Assembly (NCBI GenBank): GCA_964606205.1
Contig: CAZSFU010000004.1
Location: 1-34,997 of the forward strand
DNA: 34,997 nucleotides
Direction: 5' to 3'
DNA from: an uncultured Candidatus Saccharibacteria bacterium
Lineage (GTDB): Bacteria; Patescibacteriota; Minisyncoccia; Phycocordibacterales; DATDWN01
Positions 17,885 through 25,819 of the stretch are shown piece after piece. Positions within the stretch are counted from its first letter, which is position 1. The number at the start of each line of letters is the position of its first letter. The notes under the pieces are model-generated. The model saw nothing but the letters and a program-made list of their open reading frames with translations. It was not told the origin of the DNA and did no database searches. The position numbers were made by a program, and so were the translations under genes.

Positions 17885-17929
17885 TCAAATTTATTCATTA
17901 ATTGTACTCCAAAGACCCCAATAGAAACC

Positions 17930-17938
17930 TGTGGATAA
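17930..17938 (-). promoter_or_regulatory. Perfect DnaA box (TTATCCACA) upstream of nrdA
   Basis: The plus strand reads tgtggataa. This is an exact match to the 9-mer consensus and the only one I saw in the window. Confidence 0.5.
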
Positions 17939-18006
17939 ACCTATTTTGGGTTGCTATGAAATGAATTAAAAAAACTGTAAAGTGACCAGTCAAAATACGC
18001 CCTCTT

Positions 18007-18468
18007 TTATAAGTTTTTTTCCGCTTTTCTCTCAAACTTTACCAAGTCCCCATTTTTTAGATTTATTTGCTCAGACTGCCCTCCCGCAATCTCCAAAACA
18101 TACATGGATGGAGCTTCTGGGTAGAAAATTTTAGGATAAGTATTTGGAGAAACTGACTTTTCTACATGCGTAACTCGAAAATTCGGCCCAATCCAAATGA
18201 TATCTATAGTAAAAGTCATATCTTTCATCCAAAAACCGTAGTTATCTGCCTTTTCAAAAACAAAAAACATACCTTGATTGCTTTTAAGTGGTGCGTGACC
18301 AGAAAGTCCTTTCTCCAAAAAATATTTTGTCTCAGCAACTTCGACTTCGTAGGTCCTTCCTGCCACAGTAACTCGAGATGAATATGTAAAGTTCGATAGA
18401 ATAAAAATAATTAGTCCAAAAACAGCCACAATTATCAAAACCAAAACAGCTATCTTTCTATTTTTCAT
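18007..18468 (-). CDS. DUF192 (COG1430) family protein with an N-terminal TM anchor
   Basis: GLSGHAPL..GMFFVF..FWMKDMTFTIDIIW..VLEI is the DUF192 pattern. I chose the ATG at 18468, which has TACAAT 6 nt upstream. The TTG at 18489 in the ORF track is less likely. Confidence 0.8.
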   Translation of the reverse strand: MKNRKIAVLVLIIVAVFGLIIFILSNFTYSSRVTVAGRTYEVEVAETKYFLEKGLSGHAPLKSNQGMFFVFEKADNYGFWMKDMTFTIDIIWIGPNFRVTHVEKSVSPNTYPKIFYPEAPSMYVLEIAGGQSEQINLKNGDLVKFERKAEKNL

Positions 18469-18503
18469 ATTTACATTGTAACATGGCAACTTTTTGATAC
18501 AAC

Positions 18504-18530
18504 AAAAAACTCCCTTTCGGGAGTTTTTTG
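18504..18530 (-). terminator. Terminator of the RRM-protein gene
   Basis: ACTCCC-tttc-GGGAGT is followed by TTTTTT. Confidence 0.8.
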
Positions 18531-18561
18531 TTTGTTTAGTGGTTTAAGCTAAACGGAGAGA

Positions 18562-18873
18562 TTACCATGTTCGGCCACCTCGATCGTTTCCACGATCAAA
18601 GCCTCCTGTTCGTGGTGCTCTAGGTTCCATTGGTCGAGCTTCATTAACTGTAAGCTTTCGTCCATCTAGTTCCTGACCATTCCACTTTGCGATAGCAGCC
18701 TCTGCATCAGCATCGTTTGCCATCTCGACGAAACCGAATCCTTTTGATCGGCCTGTCATTCTATCCATGATAATAGTAGCAGATGTTACTTCTCCACACT
18801 GTGCAAAAGCATCTTTCAATGCTGTCTCAGATGTTGAATAAGCAATTCCTCCTACATATAACTTCTTTGCCAT
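18562..18873 (-). CDS. RRM-type RNA-binding protein with a Gly/Arg tail
   Basis: RNP-2 (LYVGGI) and RNP-1 (KGFGFVEM) are present. The promoter TTGACT-N18-tgg-TATAAT lies about 110 nt upstream. Confidence 0.9.
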   Translation of the reverse strand: MAKKLYVGGIAYSTSETALKDAFAQCGEVTSATIIMDRMTGRSKGFGFVEMANDADAEAAIAKWNGQELDGRKLTVNEARPMEPRAPRTGGFDRGNDRGGRTW

Positions 18874-19019
18874 TTTACTTTATACCTAGCCTTTATTTTA
18901 AACTGTAAGGCGGCTAGATCTCTCTCCTTTTCCTACTTTCAAAAATGAAAATGCGAAAACCTATGAGAAACTTACATTGGCACTATTATACCACCCTTAA
19001 TACGCAAAAGTCAAGTTTG

Positions 19020-19703
19020 CTAGTTTGCTGAAACTTTTGTCATCGTGACGGGAGAAACAGGCTTATCGTTAGCCCCAGTTTGGACAGTAGCTATCTTGTC
19101 CACAACATCTTGACCAGATACTACTTTTCCAAAAATTGTGTAGTTGTTAGGTAGTGGGTAGTCTGCTGTCATTATGAAAAACTGACTTCCGTTCGTATTT
19201 GGACCTGAGTTTGCCATAGCCACTACACCCTTTTTATAACCAGCCTTATATGATGGAGTATTTGGGTTCAACTCATCAGCAAACTTGTATCCTGGACCGC
19301 CAGTTCCGTTTCCATTTGGATCTCCTCCTTGGATCATAAAGCCTTTGATAACTCGGTGAAATGTAAGTCCGTTATAAAAACCTTTTTCTGCCAAAGTCAC
19401 AAAGTTTTTTACTGTGTTTGGAGCATCAGCGTCATAAGTTTCAAAAACTATCTTTCCATAATTTGTATCTATAGTAACCATATGTGTTTTTTTATTATCT
19501 GTATTAATTTTTGAAGTCTGCACCACCTCCGGTGTTGTACTTCCAGATGCAACTGTTGATGCAACTTGAGCAGTATTGCTTTCTGGCGGAACTATCGAAA
19601 CATATGAATCCTTGTCGTCAGTTACTTTGTCTCTAAATAGATAGTAACCACAAGCCGATACTCCACAAACCAAAAACAAACTAATTAAAATATATTTTGT
19701 CAT
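19020..19703 (-). CDS. Cyclophilin-type peptidyl-prolyl isomerase, probable lipoprotein
   Basis: It has a lipobox-like VSAC after a signal helix, plus FHRVIKGFMIQGGDP and GSQFFI. Confidence 0.92.
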   Translation of the reverse strand: MTKYILISLFLVCGVSACGYYLFRDKVTDDKDSYVSIVPPESNTAQVASTVASGSTTPEVVQTSKINTDNKKTHMVTIDTNYGKIVFETYDADAPNTVKNFVTLAEKGFYNGLTFHRVIKGFMIQGGDPNGNGTGGPGYKFADELNPNTPSYKAGYKKGVVAMANSGPNTNGSQFFIMTADYPLPNNYTIFGKVVSGQDVVDKIATVQTGANDKPVSPVTMTKVSAN

Positions 19704-19754
19704 GAAAGGTATTATATCAATTTTTCCAAAAGTGGGAAGAATAAACTTTATAAC

Positions 19755-19782
19755 AAAAAACCTCCGGGGTGGAGGTTTTTTG
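19755..19782 (-). terminator. Terminator of the giant surface-protein gene
   Basis: AAAAAA-CCTCC-ggggt-GGAGG-TTTTTT. Confidence 0.8.
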
Positions 19783-19802
19783 TTATAGAAAACAATTTTG
19801 AT

Positions 19803-22800
19803 TTATTGATTCATTACACTTTTTATTTCCGCAGCGCTCAAAGCTTTAGAAAAGATTTGGACTTCATCTATTTTACCCTTAAATGCACTTCCTGAATCAC
19901 CAGCGATTGATCCTATCTGCAAAGAACCCGTGTTAACAGCAGAAGACCTTTCAACAACTCTTGTTCCACTAAGAACACCGTTAACATATATATTTATATT
20001 ATTTCCAGAACGTGTAACTGCAACATGTTTCCATGAGCCAAATGATATTGGATCTGTTGTACAGGTTGTATCCTGACCTGAACCACCACTGTTTTGATCA
20101 AAACAAATCCTACCAGCATGACCAATTCTAAAACTGAATGGGCATGACTTACCCCAACATCCACCCTTGCCAACAATAACACCAGTTTCGACAGGAACAT
20201 CAGCATTTATCCATGCAGATATCGTTAAGTCGCCTGTTATGTTAAATGCAGAATTACTTCCAATGTTTACATAGTCATTAACACCATCAAACAGTAGTGA
20301 AGTCGCACTATGTCCTTCTGACCAAACTACTCCGTTCATTAGTGTTCCAAAGTATCCATTACCTGAAGAGTCTGCAACATTAAGACCAGCATCAGAATTA
20401 AATTTCCAATAAGCTAGAGGAGTAGGTAGTGTAGGCGCTGCAACTTCAACGACTGGAGGTTTTACAGTCACAGTTACCGTTACACTTTTGCTTACATTGC
20501 TTGTTCCATAAGCCGTGATCGTGTATGTAGTTGTTACTTTTGGAGCAACGTTCATCTGTCCACTACTTTGAACTGCACCGATTCCACTATCTATTACAAC
20601 GGACGTCGCATCAGTCGTACTCCATGTCATCAAAGCATTACCATCAGAACTTATTGTACTTGGAGAAACTGAAATATTTACTGTTGGAGGAGGAACGGGT
20701 TTTGGAAGTGTTGTAAACATGAAACCAGCATCACTTAACACTTTCAAGTTACCGGCTGCATCCGCAGATCTAACTTTAAACATATACATTGTATTTGGTG
20801 CGAGACCAGATACAGATACTGTGTGTGAATTTGATAGTGTAGATACTATTGGAGTAAGACAACCTGAAGTAGGACATGTTCCATAAAACTCAATCTGACC
20901 ATTTGCTAGTTCATCTGTATTCCAAGATATAGTTGCTGAATTATAAGTTACGTTTGATTTTGTAACTGCAGAAATTACTGGTGGAGTTGTATCAGCAGGA
21001 GGTGTTGTTGTTCCACCAGTTGTTGTTCCTCCAGTACTTGTTGTAGATGTTACAAAAGGAATAGCTATACTTTTTGATATTGTTCCACCAGGACCAGTAC
21101 AACTCAATGTGTATTTCGCTTGACCATCTGGAGGAGTAACGATTTGAGAACCTGATGTTGCCTTTGTCCCAGTCCAATCAACAGAAGCATTACAACTTGT
21201 AGCATTTGCTGTTGACCATGTGATTGTTGATGATGAGCCCTTAACAACAGAAGCTGGAGAAGCAGACATAGTTATTGTTGGGACTGGACCAGAGGTTGTG
21301 GTAGTGGTAGTGGTTGTCGAAACAGTACCACTTCCAGTAGAACCTATAGGACCTCCAACTAGACCAGTTGGATTTACTGTCTTTGTAAGCGGTGCTTTTG
21401 CAACAGATGTATAAGGACAAGTTATTCCGTTTATCTCTGGATGTGTAGTTTTGTCTGAACAAGTAGCTGGAGTCCCTCCAACTGCAAATCCATATTGTGC
21501 AAAAGTCTGAGTATTTGTAAGACCAGCCACAGGTGAAGACATGAGTGATACACACTGAGCCCCGTATTGAGCAGAATAATATCCTTGTGGAACAATATAA
21601 TTTGGATCAGCCTGATTGTAATACACCCTGAAGTTGTCTCCTGCTACTTGATTATAGTCAACAACATAAACCTCGTCTTTTTGGATTAAATTTGAAACCG
21701 GATTTGGTTGATAGTTCATGAATATCGTCTTACCACCAGAACCCGGAATTACCGCCATTTTTGTATTCTTTATTACAGTAAGCCTAGGTGGTATCCATGA
21801 TGAGTCACAAGAAGACGTCCACATCGTGTCCATACTTATATCATTCTTGTTGATAAGAGTTGAGTTCTCAATAGTTTGAGTACCTCCTGCCCAAGTACTA
21901 ATATGCATTCCTGTTCTCATACCCTGAATATCAATATTTTTGAAAGTAACATTATTTGCAAAATAGTCACCTCCTTCATATCCAACTCCACAACAAGACA
22001 CACTCGCCAAAGCAGTTGAGTCTCCTCGAATAGTTAGACCATCATATGTGATATTTGAACTTGGGTAGTTATATACAGCTCGGTCAGAAACATGCCAAAT
22101 TTTAGTATTCTTGAACACACTTGTACTAGTAGCTTTTGGTGTACCGTATTCAGATCCAAGCCACCAATTTGTTAAACCGACGCTTCCAGAACCATATATC
22201 TCGTTGTTGTCGAACTCTGGGATTGTCTGTGTGTAAGAATTAACAACTTTAAATTGGCCTGCAACAGTAGTGTCAGCTCCCTTGTAGTTTGGGACCCTTA
22301 CATTTCCAAGATAAATATGGAAATAGGCTATACCATTATTAACAAAGTTTGCAACAACATTATTCCTTACTATGTTATTTGGACCTCTTAGCCAGATTCC
22401 GGCCCCTTCATAACCAAACTCTGTTCCTCTACCATTACCGTTATCACCAGTACCAGCAACTCTTGCGACAAAGTTGTGATCGAATACGTTCATGGTTTCA
22501 TTTCCATCCTCTGTCATGATACCCGCACCTGCCATGTTATAAACCACGTTATCTTGAATTAATCCAAAATGACTATCATGAACGGTTATACCCCATTTAA
22601 ACTTATGAACCGAAGAACCACCATCCACCGCATTACCAATAAGAGTAAACTGATAGCCGTTAGCTGTTGGAGACATAGGCCCCATGTCATGATGCATGTG
22701 TAGAGCATATCTACCTTTTTGATTTATACCTATAACCAAAGGATCATATGTTGTTCTTCCCATATCCTTAAAGGTTGCATATCTAATATCAGCATCAGCC

Positions 22801-23783
22801 ATATGTATCATTGCCATGTGTCCTCTAGTTCCACTTGGATTGGCAGATCTAAATGTTACATTTCTAGTCAAGTTACCGATGTGGGGAAGGAAATCTATAT
22901 TACCAGCCACATCACGAGCACCTTTGTGGTTATATACAAGAGAACTACTAAGTGTTATGACATTTCCAGATATACCTTGAATTGTAAATTCTTCCCATTG
23001 AGGCTTTAATGCAAAAAAAGGTGTTCCGGCTTTAACTTCGCTAGTCTTTAAATGTCTTGTATCAGGAATAAATACTCTATCCCCAACATTCCAACCAGTT
23101 GGAGCCTGTGCCAAAGTAATAGTGTTTTGACCAGCCATTGGCTCTGTAGCGACTCTTAAGAAAGTTGGACTCTTTATTGCGCCATTTATCCTAACCTTTC
23201 CGAAAGAAAGAAAGCCTGTTCCCCATTGTTCTGGGTCAATACTTGGATCTATAGCAGTATCAGCAATAACAACTTCAGCATTTACTGAAGGATTAACTGG
23301 ATTTGTAACTGTTCCTATTTCTAAGTATCCAGTTGGCATAACCTGCAAGTTTGTAACAGTAAGTTTTGTATTTATATCAGTTCGAAACTTTAGAGTACCG
23401 TTTATTGAAACTGTATAAGCAACTCCAGAAGTTGTGTCATAAGTAACAGTTTGTCCAATAGGAATAATTACAATATTAGTAGACGACGGAAGAACACCTC
23501 CAGACCAAACGGTTGGGTCAGACCAAGATCCACTTTTTTGGGCAACTACTTGAGTTTTTGTGCCATCTAAAGAAAAATCAGGAATATGATCTGTTCCCAT
23601 CACCAATGCGCTAGGTAAAACTGCTGCATATGCACTCCTTATTGATGCAGTCAGAAAAAAACCGGTAGCAACAACCACTATTGCAAGACCGGCCCAATGA
23701 ACGTGATGATGATAAGATTTTTCGTGCCAATTTTTATACGTTTGATAATTTTCACCTAACCAATTATGTATTGAATTAATCAT
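19803..23783 (-). CDS. Giant membrane-anchored surface protein (G8-like domain, right-handed beta-helix repeats, Thr-rich linkers, Ig/FN3-like modules, C-terminal LamG/ConA-like lectin)
   Basis: The ORF is 1326-1331 aa. It has a TM helix and WSDPTVWSGGVLP (G8-like). Repeated N-N-V/I segments look like PbH1 repeats. poly-T/TTGG linkers are present, and the C-terminal LTISAWIN...GKIDEVQIF segment looks like LamG. The ATG at 23783 is preferred because TGtGATAAT lies 7 nt upstream. Confidence 0.85.
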   Translation of the reverse strand: MINSIHNWLGENYQTYKNWHEKSYHHHVHWAGLAIVVVATGFFLTASIRSAYAAVLPSALVMGTDHIPDFSLDGTKTQVVAQKSGSWSDPTVWSGGVLPSSTNIVIIPIGQTVTYDTTSGVAYTVSINGTLKFRTDINTKLTVTNLQVMPTGYLEIGTVTNPVNPSVNAEVVIADTAIDPSIDPEQWGTGFLSFGKVRINGAIKSPTFLRVATEPMAGQNTITLAQAPTGWNVGDRVFIPDTRHLKTSEVKAGTPFFALKPQWEEFTIQGISGNVITLSSSLVYNHKGARDVAGNIDFLPHIGNLTRNVTFRSANPSGTRGHMAMIHMADADIRYATFKDMGRTTYDPLVIGINQKGRYALHMHHDMGPMSPTANGYQFTLIGNAVDGGSSVHKFKWGITVHDSHFGLIQDNVVYNMAGAGIMTEDGNETMNVFDHNFVARVAGTGDNGNGRGTEFGYEGAGIWLRGPNNIVRNNVVANFVNNGIAYFHIYLGNVRVPNYKGADTTVAGQFKVVNSYTQTIPEFDNNEIYGSGSVGLTNWWLGSEYGTPKATSTSVFKNTKIWHVSDRAVYNYPSSNITYDGLTIRGDSTALASVSCCGVGYEGGDYFANNVTFKNIDIQGMRTGMHISTWAGGTQTIENSTLINKNDISMDTMWTSSCDSSWIPPRLTVIKNTKMAVIPGSGGKTIFMNYQPNPVSNLIQKDEVYVVDYNQVAGDNFRVYYNQADPNYIVPQGYYSAQYGAQCVSLMSSPVAGLTNTQTFAQYGFAVGGTPATCSDKTTHPEINGITCPYTSVAKAPLTKTVNPTGLVGGPIGSTGSGTVSTTTTTTTTSGPVPTITMSASPASVVKGSSSTITWSTANATSCNASVDWTGTKATSGSQIVTPPDGQAKYTLSCTGPGGTISKSIAIPFVTSTTSTGGTTTGGTTTPPADTTPPVISAVTKSNVTYNSATISWNTDELANGQIEFYGTCPTSGCLTPIVSTLSNSHTVSVSGLAPNTMYMFKVRSADAAGNLKVLSDAGFMFTTLPKPVPPPTVNISVSPSTISSDGNALMTWSTTDATSVVIDSGIGAVQSSGQMNVAPKVTTTYTITAYGTSNVSKSVTVTVTVKPPVVEVAAPTLPTPLAYWKFNSDAGLNVADSSGNGYFGTLMNGVVWSEGHSATSLLFDGVNDYVNIGSNSAFNITGDLTISAWINADVPVETGVIVGKGGCWGKSCPFSFRIGHAGRICFDQNSGGSGQDTTCTTDPISFGSWKHVAVTRSGNNINIYVNGVLSGTRVVERSSAVNTGSLQIGSIAGDSGSAFKGKIDEVQIFSKALSAAEIKSVMNQ

Positions 23784-23870
23784 GCACTCAATTATCACAT
23801 TTATAAAAAATGTGTCTACGAAATGTGTTGATTAGAGAATACGCTGTACAGCAATTTTTATAAAATATAA

Positions 23871-23899
23871 CAGCCGGACCCCGCGGTGGGATCCGGCTG
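23871..23899 (-). terminator. GC-rich terminator of the island-4 ORF
   Basis: CAGCCGGACCCC-gcggt-GGGATCCGGCTG forms a 12-bp stem with one mismatch. A U-rich tract follows on the minus strand. Confidence 0.7.
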
Positions 23900-23916
23900 A
23901 GAAAATCTCGGCAGAC

Positions 23917-24147
23917 TCAGACTCTGGACATCAGCTCGTCGACTCGCCGTGTGGCGTATTTGGCGAGCATCGTCCCCTTCGTACGGCGCCCTGCGTCAAC
24001 GTGCATCAGAACAATTGCCCTGAGGAAAGGCGACAGATGTTCTGCTGGGGTAGTGTCCACAACCCCCTGCAGGCGGACCGACTCGGCCGGCACCACAACT
24101 GGCGACGGTTTAGGGAGATTACTCTCCCACTCAAACCAATCTGGCAT
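23917..24147 (-). CDS. Hypothetical protein, 76 aa, high-GC orphan (island 4)
   Basis: GGGGGG lies 3 nt upstream of ATG 24147. The GC-rich block matches the ORF plus its terminator. I recognise no motif. Confidence 0.45.
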   Translation of the reverse strand: MPDWFEWESNLPKPSPVVVPAESVRLQGVVDTTPAEHLSPFLRAIVLMHVDAGRRTKGTMLAKYATRRVDELMSRV

Positions 24148-24175
24148 GATCCCCCCTATTTACTTACCAAGAAAA

Positions 24176-24203
24176 ATACTAGCATTATGAAAAAATATAG
24201 CAA
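24176..24203 (-). promoter_or_regulatory. Candidate promoter of the island-4 ORF
   Basis: The minus strand reads TTGCTA (24203-24198), a 16-nt spacer, then TAGTAT (24181-24176). It begins 5 nt after the metzincin stop codon. Confidence 0.3.
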
Positions 24204-24207
24204 ATTA

Positions 24208-25140
24208 CTACTTTAATTTACATAAAGTTTTAAGTGCAACAAGATCTGTATTCGTTATTTTTTCGTTTATACCATTGTTCAATCTGTACATTATTGCCTT
24301 TGGATCTTCGTTGTGGTCAAGGCCAAGAGCATGACCCATCTCGTGAGCCAAAACGCGAACAAGTTTTGTTCTGTTATCAAATTGATAAATATCTATTTCC
24401 TCACCTTTTGCATCAGATTTGTAGAGGCCCTCATCAAACTCACCCTGCAAGTTATCACCTATATTGTTGTAGTTTTGAACTTTTATGTTTAGACTCTTTG
24501 CCAAGTCATTCAGAGCATTTACCAACGCGTTTACATTGTCAGCATCATTATTTAGTTTCGACTGCAGTGTTTGCAGTGCTGCACTTTCTTGTTGCAGATA
24601 GTCTTTTTCAGCACTTAACCTTGCATATGTGGCTTTATCTGCTCCGCCTTTTCTGTTTGCCTGTGATACAGCTGTTTCGTATGCTGATTTTCGAGAATCG
24701 AAAGCCGAAACTCTAGCATTGAAATCTGCTTTTTCCTGGTTGTATTGAGAAAGTATAGTTTGATACTTTGCTTTTACTTCATCGTATGAAGCCTTGTCGT
24801 TTTTCACAACTATTCCCATAGTCTGTAACTGTTTTGTTGTTTCCTGCCTTGTGTCGTATATAAGGTTTACTTTCAGAGCTCCATCTGATGTGAAAGAGAA
24901 AAGATCTTTGCCAATAGGTTTTTCCCATATAGCCTCAGCGTCTTTCGTAGCTGAAAGAAAATCTGCTTTTGAAACTCCAAAACGTGTATCAAAAGTGCCG
25001 ATACTATATTGTATCGGAGATTTACAAGGGAAATACATTCTTTCCAAATACCTCCAATAGTTTTCTATTGTTGTATGAAAATACAAAATCACAAATGCCA
25101 GAATACACAGACTAATTATATTTTTTGAAGTGTTGGACAT
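24208..25140 (-). CDS. Membrane-anchored matrixin-like zinc metalloprotease with an internal coiled coil
   Basis: HEMGHALGLDH is the metzincin HExxHxxGxxH motif. It has an N-terminal TM segment. The ATG at 25140 is preferred because TAGAAT lies 7 nt upstream. The upstream Met at 25164 would abut the tRNA. Confidence 0.8.
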   Translation of the reverse strand: MSNTSKNIISLCILAFVILYFHTTIENYWRYLERMYFPCKSPIQYSIGTFDTRFGVSKADFLSATKDAEAIWEKPIGKDLFSFTSDGALKVNLIYDTRQETTKQLQTMGIVVKNDKASYDEVKAKYQTILSQYNQEKADFNARVSAFDSRKSAYETAVSQANRKGGADKATYARLSAEKDYLQQESAALQTLQSKLNNDADNVNALVNALNDLAKSLNIKVQNYNNIGDNLQGEFDEGLYKSDAKGEEIDIYQFDNRTKLVRVLAHEMGHALGLDHNEDPKAIMYRLNNGINEKITNTDLVALKTLCKLK

Positions 25141-25166
25141 TGTATAAATTCTAACACAACACACTG

Positions 25167-25253
25167 CGGAGGATAGGAGATTCGAACTCCTGAGGGGATT
25201 TCTCCCCTACCCGCTTTCCAAGCGAGCGCACTAGACCGCTATGCGAACCCTCC
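25167..25253 (-). tRNA. tRNA-Ser (anticodon GGA), no encoded CCA
   Basis: I folded the cloverleaf by hand. The acceptor stem is GGAGGGT/ATCCTCC. The anticodon stem CTCGC/GCGGG carries the loop TTGGAAA. The long variable arm has GGGGA/TCCCC, and the T arm is AGGAG-TTCGAAT-CTCCT. Confidence 0.9.
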
Positions 25254-25260
25254 TTTTATA

Positions 25261-25752
25261 TTATTTAGCTCGAGATTTTAAAATCTCATCTACCTGGCGG
25301 ATTTCATCCCAGATACCATCTATCAAATCATAATTTTTTGCTTCTTCCAAGGTTACCCATTTGAAATCAACAGCGTCAGCATCCAATGTAACTTCACCAG
25401 AAAGATACTTTGCAAAATATGAGAATACTATAACTGGTATACCATCTGGACGAATAAAAGTCAGATCAACAAGAAATTCAGGTTTTACTATTTCCACATT
25501 TACTTCCTCCTGTATTTCTCGGTACAGTGACTTCTCTAGCGCACCATACCACTGTGGAGCACCTATTGTGCTCGGAGTTGTGTTTATATAGTCATCTGTA
25601 CTGAGTCCGCCACCTGGAACAGTCCACTTGTTTGGATGTACTTTTTTATTTGGAGATCTCTTTGTTATTAGATACGTAAAATCTGGTTTATAAATAATAG
25701 TAGTCGTGCAAATGCGATGCAGTTCCTTGTCTTTTATTTCAGGTATTTCCAT
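25261..25752 (-). CDS. Nudix hydrolase
   Basis: REIQEEVNV is the Nudix box core after PGGG. TGcTATAAT lies 8 nt upstream of the ATG. Confidence 0.85.
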   Translation of the reverse strand: MEIPEIKDKELHRICTTTIIYKPDFTYLITKRSPNKKVHPNKWTVPGGGLSTDDYINTTPSTIGAPQWYGALEKSLYREIQEEVNVEIVKPEFLVDLTFIRPDGIPVIVFSYFAKYLSGEVTLDADAVDFKWVTLEEAKNYDLIDGIWDEIRQVDEILKSRAK

Positions 25753-25799
25753 AATTTAGAATTATAGCACCCCAGTTTCGAACTACAACAAAACCCCCT

Positions 25800-25819
25800 T
25801 CGGGGCTTTATTGGGGTTT
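25800..25819 (-). terminator. Terminator closing the non-coding locus upstream of the Nudix gene
   Basis: On the minus strand, aaaGCCCC-gaa-GGGGG is followed by TTTTGTTG. Confidence 0.6.

Noticed and set aside
20990-21420. Repetitive ACC/ACT/GGT-rich DNA inside the giant gene; considered as a tandem repeat, CRISPR-like array or DGR variable region
   Set aside because: It encodes in-frame poly-Thr and TTGG linkers. It has no spacer-repeat periodicity, and no template repeat or reverse transcriptase lies nearby.
1381-24160. Idea that the GC-rich islands are structured RNA genes (RNase P RNA, tmRNA, SRP RNA, 6S), as GC islands often are in AT-rich genomes
   Set aside because: I found no RNase P P4 motif (GAGGAAAGUCC), no tmRNA tRNA-like 3' end or tag frame, and no SRP domain IV motif. 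Each island has an SD-ATG at its edge, and the two with the highest GC (islands 1 and 2) show a clear codon-position-3 G/C excess; island 3 shows a weaker one. This was checked only by eye, so cmsearch should confirm it.
23951-24216. Plus-strand ORFs of 79 and 71 aa across island 4
   Set aside because: They are antisense by-products of high GC with no translation signals. The minus-strand ORF is bracketed by an SD and a terminator.
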